Shown piece after piece: positions 23,195 through 24,000 of a stretch of 24,000 nt of DNA. The stretch is taken from assembly GCA_028284005.1 (NCBI GenBank), contig JANQSO010000012.1, forward strand, positions 30,177 to 54,176, given 5' to 3'. The notes beneath the pieces are model-generated. The model was given only the letters and a program-made list of their open reading frames with translations. It searched no databases and was not told the origin of the DNA. The position numbers and the translations under genes were made by a program. The DNA comes from Flavobacteriaceae bacterium. Lineage in GTDB: Bacteria > Bacteroidota > Bacteroidia > Flavobacteriales > Flavobacteriaceae. Within the stretch, counting starts at the first letter, position 1. Every line of letters starts with the position of its first letter.

Positions 23195-23209
23195 AAATTT
23201 GTACAGAAA

Positions 23210-24000
23210 TCATTCAAAGGTATAGGATACGGTATCAAACTCGGTAACCCTAAAATATCCAAATGCATAATTATCTGAATTGTTAACATTTATGCAATTA
23301 CCTTTGATTCTGGCCGGTGTTGGGCTAAAAGGGTCCCCGCCACTATCATATTGTTCAATAAGCAGGTAGAGGTAGTTGTAATATTGCTTTGAAATACCAT
23401 ACAATGTAATATCCACTGTATCCCCGGGGTTAAATTCTGCATTTGGGTCATCTTCATCTTCGTCATTTTCAAAGAATACATCAATTTCATTACCATTAAT
23501 AAATTCATCCTTAAAAGCTTCCAGGGTTGGGAAATTATCTTCTTCGTCTAATCGTACAAAGTAATAATTCTCTTCATCTTCAGGATCGTCAAAAAAGATG
23601 CTAACATCCAATACTTCTTCATCAAATCCACCTTCAAAAGATTGCTCTACTCTTTTAATTTCTGAAACAGACATCAGTTTTTCCGAAGCCATATACACCT
23701 CACCATTGTAGATAACTTCCAGCTCATAGTTGTTATTTATAATTGGGTTAAATGCAGATGTAGTATACCTTCCGTCGTTTTGGTCTGCAAAGGAGAATAC
23801 TTCATTCGTGTCTGTATTGGTCACAACTACCGAAGCACCTGTAACAGCAGTATCTGTATCATTATCAAAAAAAGGAGAGGAAAGACTTAACTGTATGGTT
23901 TGATCGTTTCCTTGTGTACCTTTTTGCAGGTCCAAAGAAGCTTCAATCACCAACCGTGGAGGTGCATCATTTAAATCTACCGAGATAGGATCCTCACAAC
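23210..24000 (-). CDS. DUF4249-like lipoprotein, 5' end outside the window
   Basis: The reading frame stays open upstream of the tracked TTG (23953) to the window edge: ...CEDPISVDLNDAPPRLVIEASLDL.... That is the typical post-lipobox start of DUF4249 proteins (Cys codon at 23998-23996). An acidic insert follows (DDPEDEENYY...ENDEDEDDPN). Confidence 0.6.
   Translation of the reverse strand, partial: CEDPISVDLNDAPPRLVIEASLDLQKGTQGNDQTIQLSLSSPFFDNDTDTAVTGASVVVTNTDTNEVFSFADQNDGRYTTSAFNPIINNNYELEVIYNGEVYMASEKLMSVSEIKRVEQSFEGGFDEEVLDVSIFFDDPEDEENYYFVRLDEEDNFPTLEAFKDEFINGNEIDVFFENDEDEDDPNAEFNPGDTVDITLYGISKQYYNYLYLLIEQYDSGGDPFSPTPARIKGNCINVNNSDNYAFGYFRVTEFDTVSYTFE

Noticed and set aside
1-24000. Search by eye for tRNA/rRNA signatures, CRISPR-like spaced repeats, IS inverted repeats, integrase/transposase ORFs, toxin-antitoxin pairs or defence-system ATPases/nucleases
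   Set aside because: None found. Every ORF of 100 aa or more that is not an antisense shadow has a housekeeping or envelope-related assignment. The only intergenic repeats are ordinary terminator hairpins.

Overview
Visibly AT-rich chromosomal segment with the hallmarks of a Flavobacteriia (Bacteroidota) genome: gldD/gldE gliding-motility genes, a T9SS C-terminal sorting domain, no Shine-Dalgarno sequences, TAnnTTTG-type -7 promoter boxes, and MKK...SC lipoprotein signals. I count 27 densely packed protein genes, mostly housekeeping. They are: a hypothetical exported protein; a secreted GH85 endo-beta-N-acetylglucosaminidase; a DUF3332-like lipoprotein; rpmA-rplU; two membrane proteins; the conserved mutY / ssb-gldE-gldD block; HU plus an untracked 29-aa hyper-basic ORF; RNase G/E; recX; a JmjC/cupin oxygenase; a tandem-FN3 lipoprotein; a biotin locus (bioF-bioD-bioA and KAS-bioB, separated by an opposite-strand membrane protein gene); a GNAT; a four-gene ECF sigma / anti-sigma / beta-helix / OM-barrel operon; and a 5'-truncated DUF4249-like lipoprotein at the right edge. 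I saw no rRNA, tRNA, CRISPR array, transposase, integrase or phage gene, and no recognisable defence system. This reads as core genome, not an accessory island. The observations most worth a second look are: (1) a FabB/FabF-type condensing enzyme with an intact Cys-His-His triad embedded in the biotin locus, with no bioC/H/G/W/I/Z-type gene visible; (2) the 29-aa Lys/Arg/His-rich ORF after HU, which resembles bS22/mS38-type ribosomal micro-proteins; (3) L21 carrying a Lys/Ala-rich tail plus a Rho_N/SAP-like helix-extended-helix module; (4) the uncharacterised ECF module. All family assignments come from motif recognition by eye, not from database searches.
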